The position numbers and the translations under genes are program-made. Shown in pieces: positions 52,549 to 64,000 of a stretch of 64,000 nucleotides of DNA. The stretch is from Geosiphon pyriformis uo1. Taxonomy: Eukaryota; Fungi; Glomeromycota. The notes under the pieces are model-generated. The model did not search any database and was not told where the DNA came from. It was given only the letters and a program-made list of their open reading frames with translations. Positions within the stretch are counted from its first letter, which is position 1, and the number at the start of each line of letters is the position of its first letter. The stretch spans positions 124,001-188,000 of the forward strand of contig JAAOMT010000074.1 of the NCBI GenBank assembly GCA_016748015.1, written 5' to 3'.

Positions 52549-52954
52549 ACAACAACAACAACATCATGAGCATTAACATCATAATTGTACGCCTATGTCA
52601 TGTGTGAAACTATTTTTTTTATTCGGAATTTTAAAGTAATATTGTGTGAAATACGGTTTTGAAAAAAAAAAAAAAAAAAAAAGAAAAGAAAAAAAGAAAA
52701 GAAAAGTTTAATCTACACAAGAAAAAAGAAAAAAAGGTCTAGAAGAAGAGAAATATTGGCCTAGAACTTTTGAAATTTTTGGTTCACAATGCTGCAATGA
52801 AGAGCTTGTGTGCGTATGTAGAATATTTGAGAGGTTAAAAAAAAAATTCATGTGATCATATTAACTAGTTTTAAATTTTGATTTATAGTTATTTTAGTGG
52901 GGTAACCAAAAGATTTTTTTATTGTAATTTAATTACCAATTCTAGTTTGTGATT

Positions 52955-52985
<31 letters not shown>

Positions 52986-53318
52986 TTATTTTTATTATTT
53001 TTATAATTTTTATTATTTTTATTTTTGATATATAAAAAAAAATTGAAACAGGTTATTAATAAATTTAGGCTTCAAAAAACTTTTTTTTTTTATCGGACGG
53101 CCAATCTATTGATTTTTTAAATACACATGTGCTCTCAGATCTTGTTATAATCTAAAATAGGAAAAAAACAATGATGAGTACGACTATTAAGAAAAAAAAA
53201 CGGAATTTCTTTTAATTTTAAGTATTATTAATATTCTCGGGTGAAATTGAAAAATTTTTGGCGGTGAAAAAAGAAAAAAAAACTTTATCAAAAATCTAAT
53301 ATTTGGGTATTAAATAGT

Positions 53319-53354
<36 letters not shown>

Positions 53355-53419
53355 TAAGAATATAACAATAATAATAATAATAATAATAACTGAAATAATA
53401 ATAATAATACTAATAACTA

Positions 53420-53515
<96 letters not shown>

Positions 53516-54194
53516 AATAACTGAAATAATAATAACAATAATTGTAAAGTGGCATCATCGGTCACCACCATGATCGTGATCATCATTGACCTTTTTAGTG
53601 GGGTCCCTCCATGCGTGGTTTTTCGGGGATAGAATTAGAGACGAAGAAGAAGTTTGGCGTAAAAACAAAAAAAGATTCAGGTTTAGGAAGTTCTGCAACG
53701 AAAATCTCTCTTGCATCAATTAGATAACTTTGTATTACACACACACAAATATAAGATTTTTGATTTATTGGTAGAAACTTCTTTTTGAATTATTTTAATA
53801 TTTCCCTTTTTTTCATAGTAAGATAAATCTGGTTTAGATTTAATTTTGTAGATTCCTGGTTTCGATACCTTTTTTGCTTTAGTAGGTAAACCTTATCATT
53901 CACTTATTTCCCTAAGAGAAAGTGTGCACCCTAAAATTATCATTATAGCCATATTATATATATATAAAAGATAGAGTATATATTACGCAATATTACCTCG
54001 AAAAAAATTTTTTTTTGATGCTACAAAAAAAAAAAATAATCCATCTTCTCTCAACTTGAATTATGGGGATTTTCCCAAAGTACAAGAAAAAAAGGAAAAA
54101 CTAGTATCAAACAGGGTTTTTACAAAAACATCATGTCAAAATAAAATTCAGCCGCCAGCCGCCCAGCCGTGTATCATCGTCGTCGTCATGTTGC

Positions 54195-54244
<50 letters not shown>

Positions 54245-54263
54245 TTGTTTTTGTTGTTGTTGT

Positions 54264-54310
<47 letters not shown>

Positions 54311-54841
54311 ATTGTTATTGTTATTGTTATTGTTATTGTTATTGTGTTGTTTGATGCATGTTCTCCCTTTCATACTATTGCCACAAGCCGTGCTACCCTA
54401 ATCAGTTATTTCATTCATTCATTCACAACTTAAAAAAAAAAAATTCAAAATTTAAAATTTCCGAATGCAAATCCCACTTAATCATACAAGTCCAAATTTG
54501 GTAATTACCGCAAATCAATTTACCAAATATGGTTTTTAAAAACTAGAAATCCGACGATTATGGCATCATCAAAAACTTTTATGCAGGTCGAAACGAAGTC
54601 TGGAATAAAGCGGTGACGAAAACAACGATGATGATGATGATAACCATGATGATGATAATGTTGATGAAAAAGAAGTAATAGTAATGATGGTGATCATGAT
54701 GACGACAATGAGCATTTAGAACGTCTAAAAAGAGATGCTTTTTTAAACTCATTCATTCAAAATTTTTTACCAGATTCTGGGCCCTTGCCTAATATGTATG
54801 AGCACGATATACGATATGATAACCTGGGTAACACATTAACA

Positions 54842-54884
<43 letters not shown>

Positions 54885-55087
54885 TACACCTATAAAGAAT
54901 CGAGAAATTAAAAAACAGGGTAACAGTGATCCGAATTGAAAATGTCTCTCTCTGCTGTTTGAAATTAAACGCCCACTTAATTATTAAATCGAACGACCCG
55001 ATTTTATTTGTTGTTTGTCTCATCATTACAAAGATGAGAAAAATGACTGGATATACGCGCGAATGAGTGATGATTGATTGGTGGTGG

Positions 55088-55126
<39 letters not shown>

Positions 55127-55288
55127 GTGAGTGAGTGAGTGAGTGAGTGAGTGGGTGAGTGAGTATGGTGAGCGAACGAGTGAGTGAATGAATAAGTAAG
55201 CAACTAAAATAATTGAATAGAGTACATTGTTAATTAAATGTAATTCCTATCAGTTTGTAAATATTATTGTTACTATTACTATTACTAT

Positions 55289-55320
<32 letters not shown>

Positions 55321-56381
55321 ACCAAAACATTAGCTCCTGCTCCTGCTGTGGTTGTTGCTGCTGCTGCTGTAAGACTTTCAATACATATGAAATAATCAGA
55401 TTCAAAATCTTAGATAACGAGCTGATTTTCACAAAAAATTTTTGTTCACCAAAAAAATTGTTTTTCCTATAATAGATAAAATCTTGCTTCATGCTGTTTA
55501 CCCAAAAAATAATAATAATAATAATAATAATCTTCGAAAATTCTTAAAACCAAAACTTTAAAAAAATAATGATTTCCTTTTAAATCACATGATAAAACAA
55601 TAATTATAAACGACCAATTAAAATTTAATAAAAATTTAATAAAAATATTGAAAAAACATTTACAAAACTTTAAAAAAAAAAAAAAAAAAAATATTATTTT
55701 TATGAAATTTGATGAGTTTAGATTCGGAAAATACTGATTTCATATTGAAATAACTAAATGAATAAATACATGTGAATTTAAATATATTTGTAAATGTAAA
55801 TGTAAATTTATTTTATACGTATTTTTTTATATATGTGTATCTATATGTGTATCTGTATCTGTATCTGTATCTGTATCTGTATCTGTATCTGTATCTGTAT
55901 CTGTATCTGTATCTGTATCTGTATCTGTATCTGTATCTGTATCTGCATCTGTATCTGTATCTGTATCTATGTATTTGTATAAACATGTTAAAAAAATATT
56001 CGTGAAATTGAATAATAATAATAATAGATTAAAAGATTTTTTGACTCGAATGAAAAGTTGAAATATGATTTTTTTTTTAAAAAAATAATCGATATTTGAA
56101 TTTATAGATATAGATATAGATATGGATATGAATATGAATATGGATATGGATATGGATATTTTATTATTATTATTATTATTAATTTTATTATTAATTTTAT
56201 TTAAAAAAATTATTCAAAAAAATAAATTTTTTAAAAATCTTTTTTTTTTTTAAAAATTTTCTTAAATAATAAACTCGAATGAATTATAATATTCAAAAAG
56301 GCAAAAGACAAAAAAAAAATTTAATGTAAAATATACAATATATTTATAAATTACGATTTATGATATATTAATATAATAAGA

Positions 56382-56412
<31 letters not shown>

Positions 56413-56890
56413 AATAATAATAATAATAATAAAATAAGAATATAATAATAAAAATATAAAATAAGAATAATAAAATAAAATAAAATAAGAATATAATTAG
56501 AATAATAAAAATATAAAATAAGAAGAATAATAATAAAATAAAATAAGAATATAATAATAAAAATATAAAATAAGAATAATAATAATAAAATAAAATAAGA
56601 ATATAATAATAATAAAATAATAATAAAAATAAAAATAAAAATTATTTTTTAAATATAATAAATCTTTAAATTTAAAATAAAAACTATAAAATAAATTATA
56701 ATATAAACAATAATACAATAATACAATAATTATACATAATCAATTACAAATTTAATTAATAATTGAATTATATAATTTATGAAAAAAAAAATTTTTTTTT
56801 TTTAATTCGTAAAAAAAAGACTTTTACAGTGTGTAAAAATACAAAAAAAATGCAAATAAAAATAACAACGACAACAACAACAACAACAAC

Positions 56891-56957
<67 letters not shown>

Positions 56958-57100
56958 TATATTATAACTTATTAAATTTTTTTAAAAAAATTTCTTGTTT
57001 AAACTTGTATTCTCAATTTATTAAAAAAATTTGATTTAAAATTATATATATATATATATATTAAATCAAACTTTTTTTTATACATTATAAAATTAATTAA
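51930..57100. repeat. Microsatellite-dense intergenic region: (ATAGAA)n, (TAG)n, (AAC)n, (AAT)n, (GTT)n, (TTATTG)n, (TGAT)n, (GAGT)n, (TATCTG)n, (ATATGG)n and a compound AT minisatellite
   Basis: Arrays read directly at about 51930-52022, 52206-52240, 52471-52562, 53321-53540, 54196-54343, 54843-54883, 55069-55200, 55262-55320, 55836-55970, 56100-56160, 56370-56640 and 56860-56965. Confidence 0.95.
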
Positions 57101-57390
57101 TTAAAAATTTTTTACTTACAAAGAGCTATTTTATTGTGTAAAAATTCTATTATTAATTGCATATTTATTATCTTTTATATCCAATCATCAAATTTTCTTT
57201 CCTTTTCCTTTTCACAACTTACTGAAATAATTGGTTTTTTTTTTTTTTTTTCCTACCATTTTTTATTTGGTCTAATTTGAAACGTAAGAAATCTGTTTGC
57301 TGAAAAAAATAATAATTACAACTCATTCCCTTTAAAAGTCAAATTGTCTTGGCATCTGAAAATGGTTGAAATTAAAAATATGTTCCAACA

Positions 57391-57490
57391 CGCGAAAATT
57401 TCATTTAAAAAAAAAAATACCGAATTTTAACTACCACCTGCGAAAATTTTATTTAAAAAAAAGAATGCTCCAATTTTAACCCCCTGTGAA
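57391..57490. repeat. Imperfect ~49-bp tandem duplication
   Basis: GCGAAAATTT(C/T)ATTTAAAAAAAA...AATTTTAAC...CCTG occurs twice. Confidence 0.7.
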
Positions 57491-58067
57491 TTAGAAATAG
57501 TCGGCGTTTTGTGCTTACCTTTAAAGATTCTACATGACTCGGGGTCCGAATATTATCAAACGGCTAACTTTTCCTTTCCCATTTATATAATTATACTTGA
57601 ATCTCTAAAGTCAGGAGTAATGTTGTGCTTAACACCTGTTTTGGGATAACCAATCATCAGATTTTATCAAACATGAAGATTCAATCAAGATATTTTCCAA
57701 GATAATTCCCTTCCTGGGATATCGAGATTTCTTCGAAATTCACCTTAAAAAAAGCCTAAAGCTTTTTATTTCAAACTTATTAAAAAACTATTAAAATTAT
57801 CATAATATCTTTATAATATATATATATATATATACAGGAATACAATAAATAAAACAATTGTTCAGCAAAAAAAACCAGCTATAATTGGTATTTAGCCAAA
57901 AAGCCTATTGTTTTATAAATAATACCAAGAATGTGAGGTTGTAATAAAAAAAAGTGTGTTAAAAATCAATTGGTAAACTTCAAGAACCCGAGGTCACGGA
58001 TTGAAAGTCCTTGATTCCAGGATTTTCGCTTCATTTAATTGATCACGTGATATATATATACAATCTT

Positions 58068-61014
58068 TTAAATGTTCCTAAATAATGTTTGCCTCTTTTC
58101 TGCTCGTATCTTACGGCGTTGTTGCATCTCCATTATATGGGTTTCACAATATTGTTTGTTCTCAAAACTGTAGTATATATCGGTAAGCGGATTTCTACAG
58201 GCCTGTTGAAATGAAAAAATAATAATTGGAGGTGATTACTTTATCAACTTTTTCAATATCCATCTCTATAGAATCTCAATTTGTTTATTTTTTATTTAAA
58301 AAAAAATTTTTTTTACTCACGAAACAAACAAAACAACTGGGATGATAACGCCAAGTCTCCACGGTCTGAGCACAAGGGCCTTCAATAGGCTCATCGCAAT
58401 TTTTACAAAGAGAGTTGTTGAGCTTGTGGTAATGACGTATACAATAGGGCGCATTGTCGAAAACGTAGAAAGATTTATCAGGGAAAGCTTTGTGACACGT
58501 CTACCAAGAAAGGTTTAAAATTAGTAAATAGGAATGAGATTGAAAAAAAGTCGCGAAATATGATATAAATCTTTTAATTACATGACAACCGAAACATTTC
58601 ACATGCCATTTTCCTTCTAATTTCCCATCACTGGCGCTAACAGCCTCTCTCTCAACCGGTAAGCCACAGCTTCGACATTTGGGTAAAAACAAATCAGCAA
58701 AATCAGTTGGACAATAAACTTTTTCATTACGCTCAACATGACCAATATTCGGATCGATTGGTTTTTCACATTGTGCACACAAAAGATGTTCAGGATGCCA
58801 TGATCTTCCCAAGGCCCACATTGGGGTGGAACTAATTTCGTGATTACTTAAAAATGCCAAGAAATTTGAGATTTTATAGATTACCATGATTTTGGATATA
58901 TCATTATCACAAATAGACTTTTTGTTTGTTTCCAAACTTACCAATAAGCGCAGATATCCTGTTTCTGAGAGGAAGAACTTTTATTCTTTACGTGAGAGGA
59001 GTTCTCAGGAATCCGGTCATTTATAGGTTTTGAATTTGATGATTTAGTATCCATGTTATCCATTTCTCTTAACAAGTCATCAATCAAGTTGTCGAATCCT
59101 CCGTTATATTGCTCTCCCGAACCAGTTTTGGACGTATGTGTCTGACCATTGCCTATCTTATTATTACCTTTGATGATAAGAAGTTCTGGTTAATTGAAGA
59201 GAATAAAGAAGGTCTAATGTGTTTGTAAAATTGAACTCTGAACTCTCTTACCATGCTGAGAAGAATTTGAGTTTTGAGAGGAAAATGAGCCATTTCGACT
59301 ACTAATATGAGAATTCTTGTTTGCCTCTAAAGTATTAAGTGGCAAAAGAGGATTTGGTGAAATAGCACGGGGTAGAGGAAGATTATTTTGTTCATAAGAA
59401 GGATTTCTAGCAGTGTGTGATCTGGAGCTATCATAGCTGTACGGCGGTTGTTGATTATCGTTGCGATCATTAGAAAATTTTCGGGATGCCTCATCATCAC
59501 CGCGATTACCGTAGCCTTGATTAGATGATGGAACAGGTGGAGGGTATCTAGGATTATTATATTCAGAACGTTCGTTACGAAGTTCGTAGGGTGCTGGAGA
59601 TCTAGCTAGATTACGATCTTCTTCTCGTCGTATATTATTATAATTTTGTTGTTCATTTTTAAGAACCCCATTTTGATTTGGAGAAAGGTTGAATCGATCT
59701 TCACCACGATTAGGTAAAATATTATGTTTATTAGAAGTACTAGAGTTTGAATATTTATCATATTGCCCATATTTTTCGATCGGTTGCTGTGGCCTTATTT
59801 TCGTTAATGAGTAAGGATCATCAGAATTAAATCTATTATGGTTGTCAAATGAAGCAGATTGGCCATATTCACGGTCATAAGGTCGATCTAAGTTAGAACC
59901 TGTAATCTGTCTTTGATTTTGCAGAGCCCGTACTCGTTCTCGTTCAGAATCATTTCCACGTACGAGTTCACGTTGTTTATCCGGACTTGAGTGCCCTCGA
60001 ACGTTTTCTTGAAAAACTTGTGTCCGAGGTTTATCCACACTATAAGGATCTCGTGTTTTATTGTTATAATTGATAGGTCGATTGACAAATTGTTCTGGAT
60101 TTGTTGAATAATTATTTTCAAGATGTTGATTGTTATTATTTAAATTTTGATTGCTAGGATAACGCTTAAGGGGATCATTGTAGCTATTGTTAAAATATTC
60201 TTTCCGATTACCATTGTCGTCAGAAGAGGAATTGGCAAGACGACTAGGAAATAATTGACCAGATGAAGGGTCATTTTGTTTCGAATTACTTTTACTATAA
60301 TTATACTTTTGCATGAATCGATTTGGGTCAGTTGTGCCGGGAACTACATTTCCATATTTATTCGTCTGGGCGCTTGAATACCCAGAGTCTGTCGGTGATG
60401 GAGCACTTTCATATGGGGAATGGGGTGGGCGTGGAATATATTGATGGGCATTATTGTAAGAATTTCCGACTAAAGATTGATTAACGGTGTTAAAATTGAG
60501 ATTTTTAGTTAAAGATGATTTTCACTATATTTTCTCCAAATTTTGGAAATAAAAAACTTCGCCTACCACCCACAGATAAAGGGACAAGATTTGGTCTAGA
60601 GTCACCAGAATTTTGTTTGATACTTTTTGCGTTATTGACTGAATTTATAGGTGGTTTGTTTTATAGTTCCCAGATTGTAAAAAAGGGTGAGAATTTGAAA
60701 AGGTTTAAATTGTTAAAAAATCTTGATCTCGAGTTGCATTCACGCGTAGTCAAGAACTTTCTTGATAAGATGATATTAATATGGTGCAAAGGTGAATAAG
60801 CCGATAATTCAAACTAACCTGAATTCAGATTCAAATTTTTATTACTCAAGATCTTATTACTATTTTGATACATAGCGGGTAGAGTTGGCACTGCTGGAGC
60901 TGCTTGACAAATATGTTCCCCCAGCATCTGAAAGTCAATTGTTTGCCCACAATCAGAACACTTAATTACTTGCAGCAGTTGGCTAATTCGAGGTTCAGCC
61001 TGTTGCACGTCCAT
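58068..61014 (-). CDS. Paxillin-like protein with N-terminal CxxC..H.C finger and three C-terminal LIM domains
   Basis: IKCSDCGQTIDFQMLGEHIC; CAYC..ALGRSWHPEHLLCAQC; CRSC..KWHVKCFGC; CKNCDEPIEGPCAQTVETWRYHPSCFVCF; stop TAA 58070-58068. Confidence 0.9.
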
Positions 61015-61611
61015 TTTAATTGAATTAAAAGTTAAATCTATTAAGATTAAGATAATAAGTTAAGTAAAAAAAGGGTATTCAAAGTCTAGAGAAATTTTAA
61101 GAATTGCAAGAAGGAGGAAACCGAGAAAGCGGAACTTTAAAAATTAAGGAGGAAACACAGAAGCCGGCTGCACCATAAGTGGAGGTCAAAGTAACATCTT
61201 CAAACGTGACACGGTATAACACTCGAATTAGGACAATTGAATGATCTGGAATATCTCCGTGTTCGGAATATTTTACTCTACAAAATAGATAACACTCGGC
61301 TATTATCTGTCAAAGTTTTCAAAAAATTATCTCGGATCACCGATAGTCTTCAAGTTTAAAAACTCCTGTTTCTAAAATTCGTCTACATTAGATTGTTGGG
61401 AATTTAGTTATTCCTTGTTTACTTTTTTGCTTGGAGAATTTTGGATCTTTTGGATCTTTTGTGCCTAAACAGTTCGCATGTCATAACAGGCCAAAAAAGA
61501 CCTGATCTTTGGGATCAGAATTCTTAAAAAAACACAAAGTTAAACAGTTTACATACTTCAACTATATTATTCAGTTTATAAAGAGTGCTTTATTAATCTT
61601 GATTCTTGGAA

Positions 61612-61612
<1 letters not shown>

Positions 61613-61708
<96 letters not shown>

Positions 61709-61730
61709 TCATTTTTTTATATTATTATTA

Positions 61731-61826
<96 letters not shown>
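61613..61826. repeat. Two long (ATT)n microsatellites
   Basis: Direct reading. Confidence 0.97.
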
Positions 61827-61827
<1 letters not shown>

Positions 61828-62226
61828 TGCATTTTTTTTAATAAGTGTAGCCCAATTATTATTTGCATTCATTTTTTTGACAAAAGATATTGTTTTTTAA
61901 AATAAATAATAAAAATAATAATAATTTTTTTAAATATATTATTGAAATTTTGATTTTTATTAAAATTAATATATTAAATAAAAAAAATATTTAAATAAAT
62001 TTATAATAATATTTTTTTAACTTTTATTTAAAATAATTATTTTCACTTTTGTTAATAACATAAATTTTTGGCAGTATTTTAAATAAAATGAGTTTGTCAT
62101 TGAAAAATTGTTTTTATTATAAGAATAATTTGGGCTTTGGATAAATAATAAACACACTTCATATATTACAAATATAAACATTTTAAATTTAAAGTTGAAA
62201 CTGTACAGGGCTAGATTTGAAAAAAA

Positions 62227-64000
62227 CTATTCTTGAGGTATGGCTCGGCCAACATGAGATCCAACACGAACCTAATTGAAAAAAAAATTAATTAACTATT
62301 TGAGTTTAACATATTTACTGATTTATGAACTAATACAAACCAATGTTTCTAATGCTTGTTCAGCATTTGCCAAAAGATCTTCATCCCATTCCATTCTGTT
62401 CTCTTGAAAACAAAGAATTATAGTGCTACCACCTATTTTATCAAGGAAAGATTAGTATGAGAGTAAAACCTAATTTTTAATGGCCATTTTTAATGAAGAG
62501 TATAATTACCAAAAGCAAAGTACCCGTGCTCCTCAAATCGTTTTACATTAGTAAGTGGCGTGCTTTATTATAGTTTGGAATTCGTATAAAAGACTTGAAT
62601 TCAGTAACGTTACGCGATATGAAACAAAATTTATTTCATTTTGATGATATTTCCTACCTTGTAAATAGTATAGATCCAACCATCATTGCTCCAATAGCCA
62701 CAAGGGCAACTTTTCCAAACTGTGGGGAATCAATATAAGAAACTGCTCGCTTGTTTTCCCCATAGACATCAAGCCTGATTGGAAAAGAAATAATAAACAA
62801 TTAAGAATAAAATACATAAAAGTATAAGAGGAAAACAAAGCACTGAAAAATTATTTACTCTGATCGAATAGCCATAGGGTTAACAGTGTAATAGGCACCT
62901 GGGATTGGATGCGGTTCACTCAAAAAGCCGTCAACAGGTATATGAAAACTGAATTAAAAAATAATCTTAGGCTTGTTTCATATTCAAAGATTGAATGATA
63001 AATGCATTTGATAGAAAAAAAAAAAGACCATTATTTACCGATGATAGTCCTGCGGTGCCAATCGAAAAATACCTAAGCTACCACCAATGAACTCATTGGC
63101 TTTGTTAACATCCCCAAACAAACGCTCAAGCGAGAAATTTTGTCCTTTGATCCAAATTTTAGTCGCTTCATCGACAGTTGGAAATGCCATCATCCTACAA
63201 TCAGCTGGGCTTACTAATACCGTCGGGTCATCAGGTGAATCTAAAGTCCTAGCAGTAGGCTTCAATTTACGATAAAAGAATTCATTGAAATTCTTGAAAG
63301 AATCCAAAGGATTGAGAATTTCTTCAATGCTCAATTGATGGAACTCAATAAAGGGAGCTATGTCAGCGATAGATTGTGGAGCGTCAAATTTCTTTCCTTG
63401 TTTTATCGATAAATTTTCGAGTAAACGGCGAGCTAAGAAAATAATAAATTCTTTAAATTTTAACCTCATTTTGTAAAGGGAGTTCGATAATCAGTTAAAA
63501 TTTTAAAGATGAATGTTTTGCCTCACTTGTTTTTGTTTCTACTTGACTTGGACGGACACCCTTGTACAAAAGACGAATGGCTAATCGAATATAAGTTGGC
63601 ATTTTCTCCTCTACAAGTTGTCCAGTTCGACGATCTTGCACTATAATGTTGGCATTGTTCTTTAAAAAAGAATAAAAATCCCAGGTTTCTTGAGGTCTTG
63701 TATTGAAATCAAGAAAATCTGAAGTTCTAATAAAATGATCAAATTTATATGCTTACAGCGCCAATTTTGAAACTACCATATCCGACTTTTGAAATGACTT
63801 TTGAGACCCATTTACGTTGTGCCTCAGATTCCGTCACAAAATCACCAACAACAAATTTATCGACATTGGCCCAATCAGTGCTAGCACATATAGCGATATG
63901 AGTAATTATATCTGTTTCTGTTTGATTTGCGAGGTCCGGTTTATGACAAATAGGGCAATTGGTGATATAGACCAAATGCTCGTTTTCAGCTTCACCACCG
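62227..64000 (-). CDS. PSD2: Phosphatidylserine decarboxylase 2, 3' part (5' end outside window)
   Basis: FVTESEAQRKW, FNEFFYRKLKP, VSPADCR, FRLAPQDYHR|FHIPV, YYTVNPMAIR, GAMMVGSI, GYFAFG|GST self-cleavage motif; stop TAG 62229-62227. Confidence 0.95.

Overview
Eukaryotic, intron-rich fungal DNA, most consistent with an early-diverging Mucoromycota/Glomeromycotina-type genome (an inference from gene content, intron style and the kinase remnant). Eleven apparently intact spliced genes plus one running off the window end: Mpv17/SYM1-like, SYS1, COA3, Rvs167-like BAR-SH3, SOG2-domain protein, PQ-loop protein, RPP40, GST, DSN1/Mis13, NsdD-like GATA factor, paxillin-like LIM protein, and the 3' part of PSD2. 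Two pseudogenes (kinase, trimethyllysine dioxygenase). A cluster at 18.3-33.1 kb holds two full-length head-to-head LINEs (ORF1 RRM+CCHC; ORF2 APE-RT-RNaseH-CCHC) and a truncated third copy; a solo-LTR-like insert lies at 42.4-43.4 kb. Main observation: the extremely AT-rich blocks are not random filler. One (40.9-42.3 kb) is a fourth, related LINE copy eroded almost completely by C>T/G>A change, still readable as protein and 3'UTR, and the other blocks share a second eroded repeat. The window therefore shows a graded series of repeat-restricted C>T hypermutation that is not limited to CpG, resembling RIP in a lineage where RIP is not established. Two introns carry U12 (minor spliceosome)-type signals. 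All alignments were made by eye; no searches were run.
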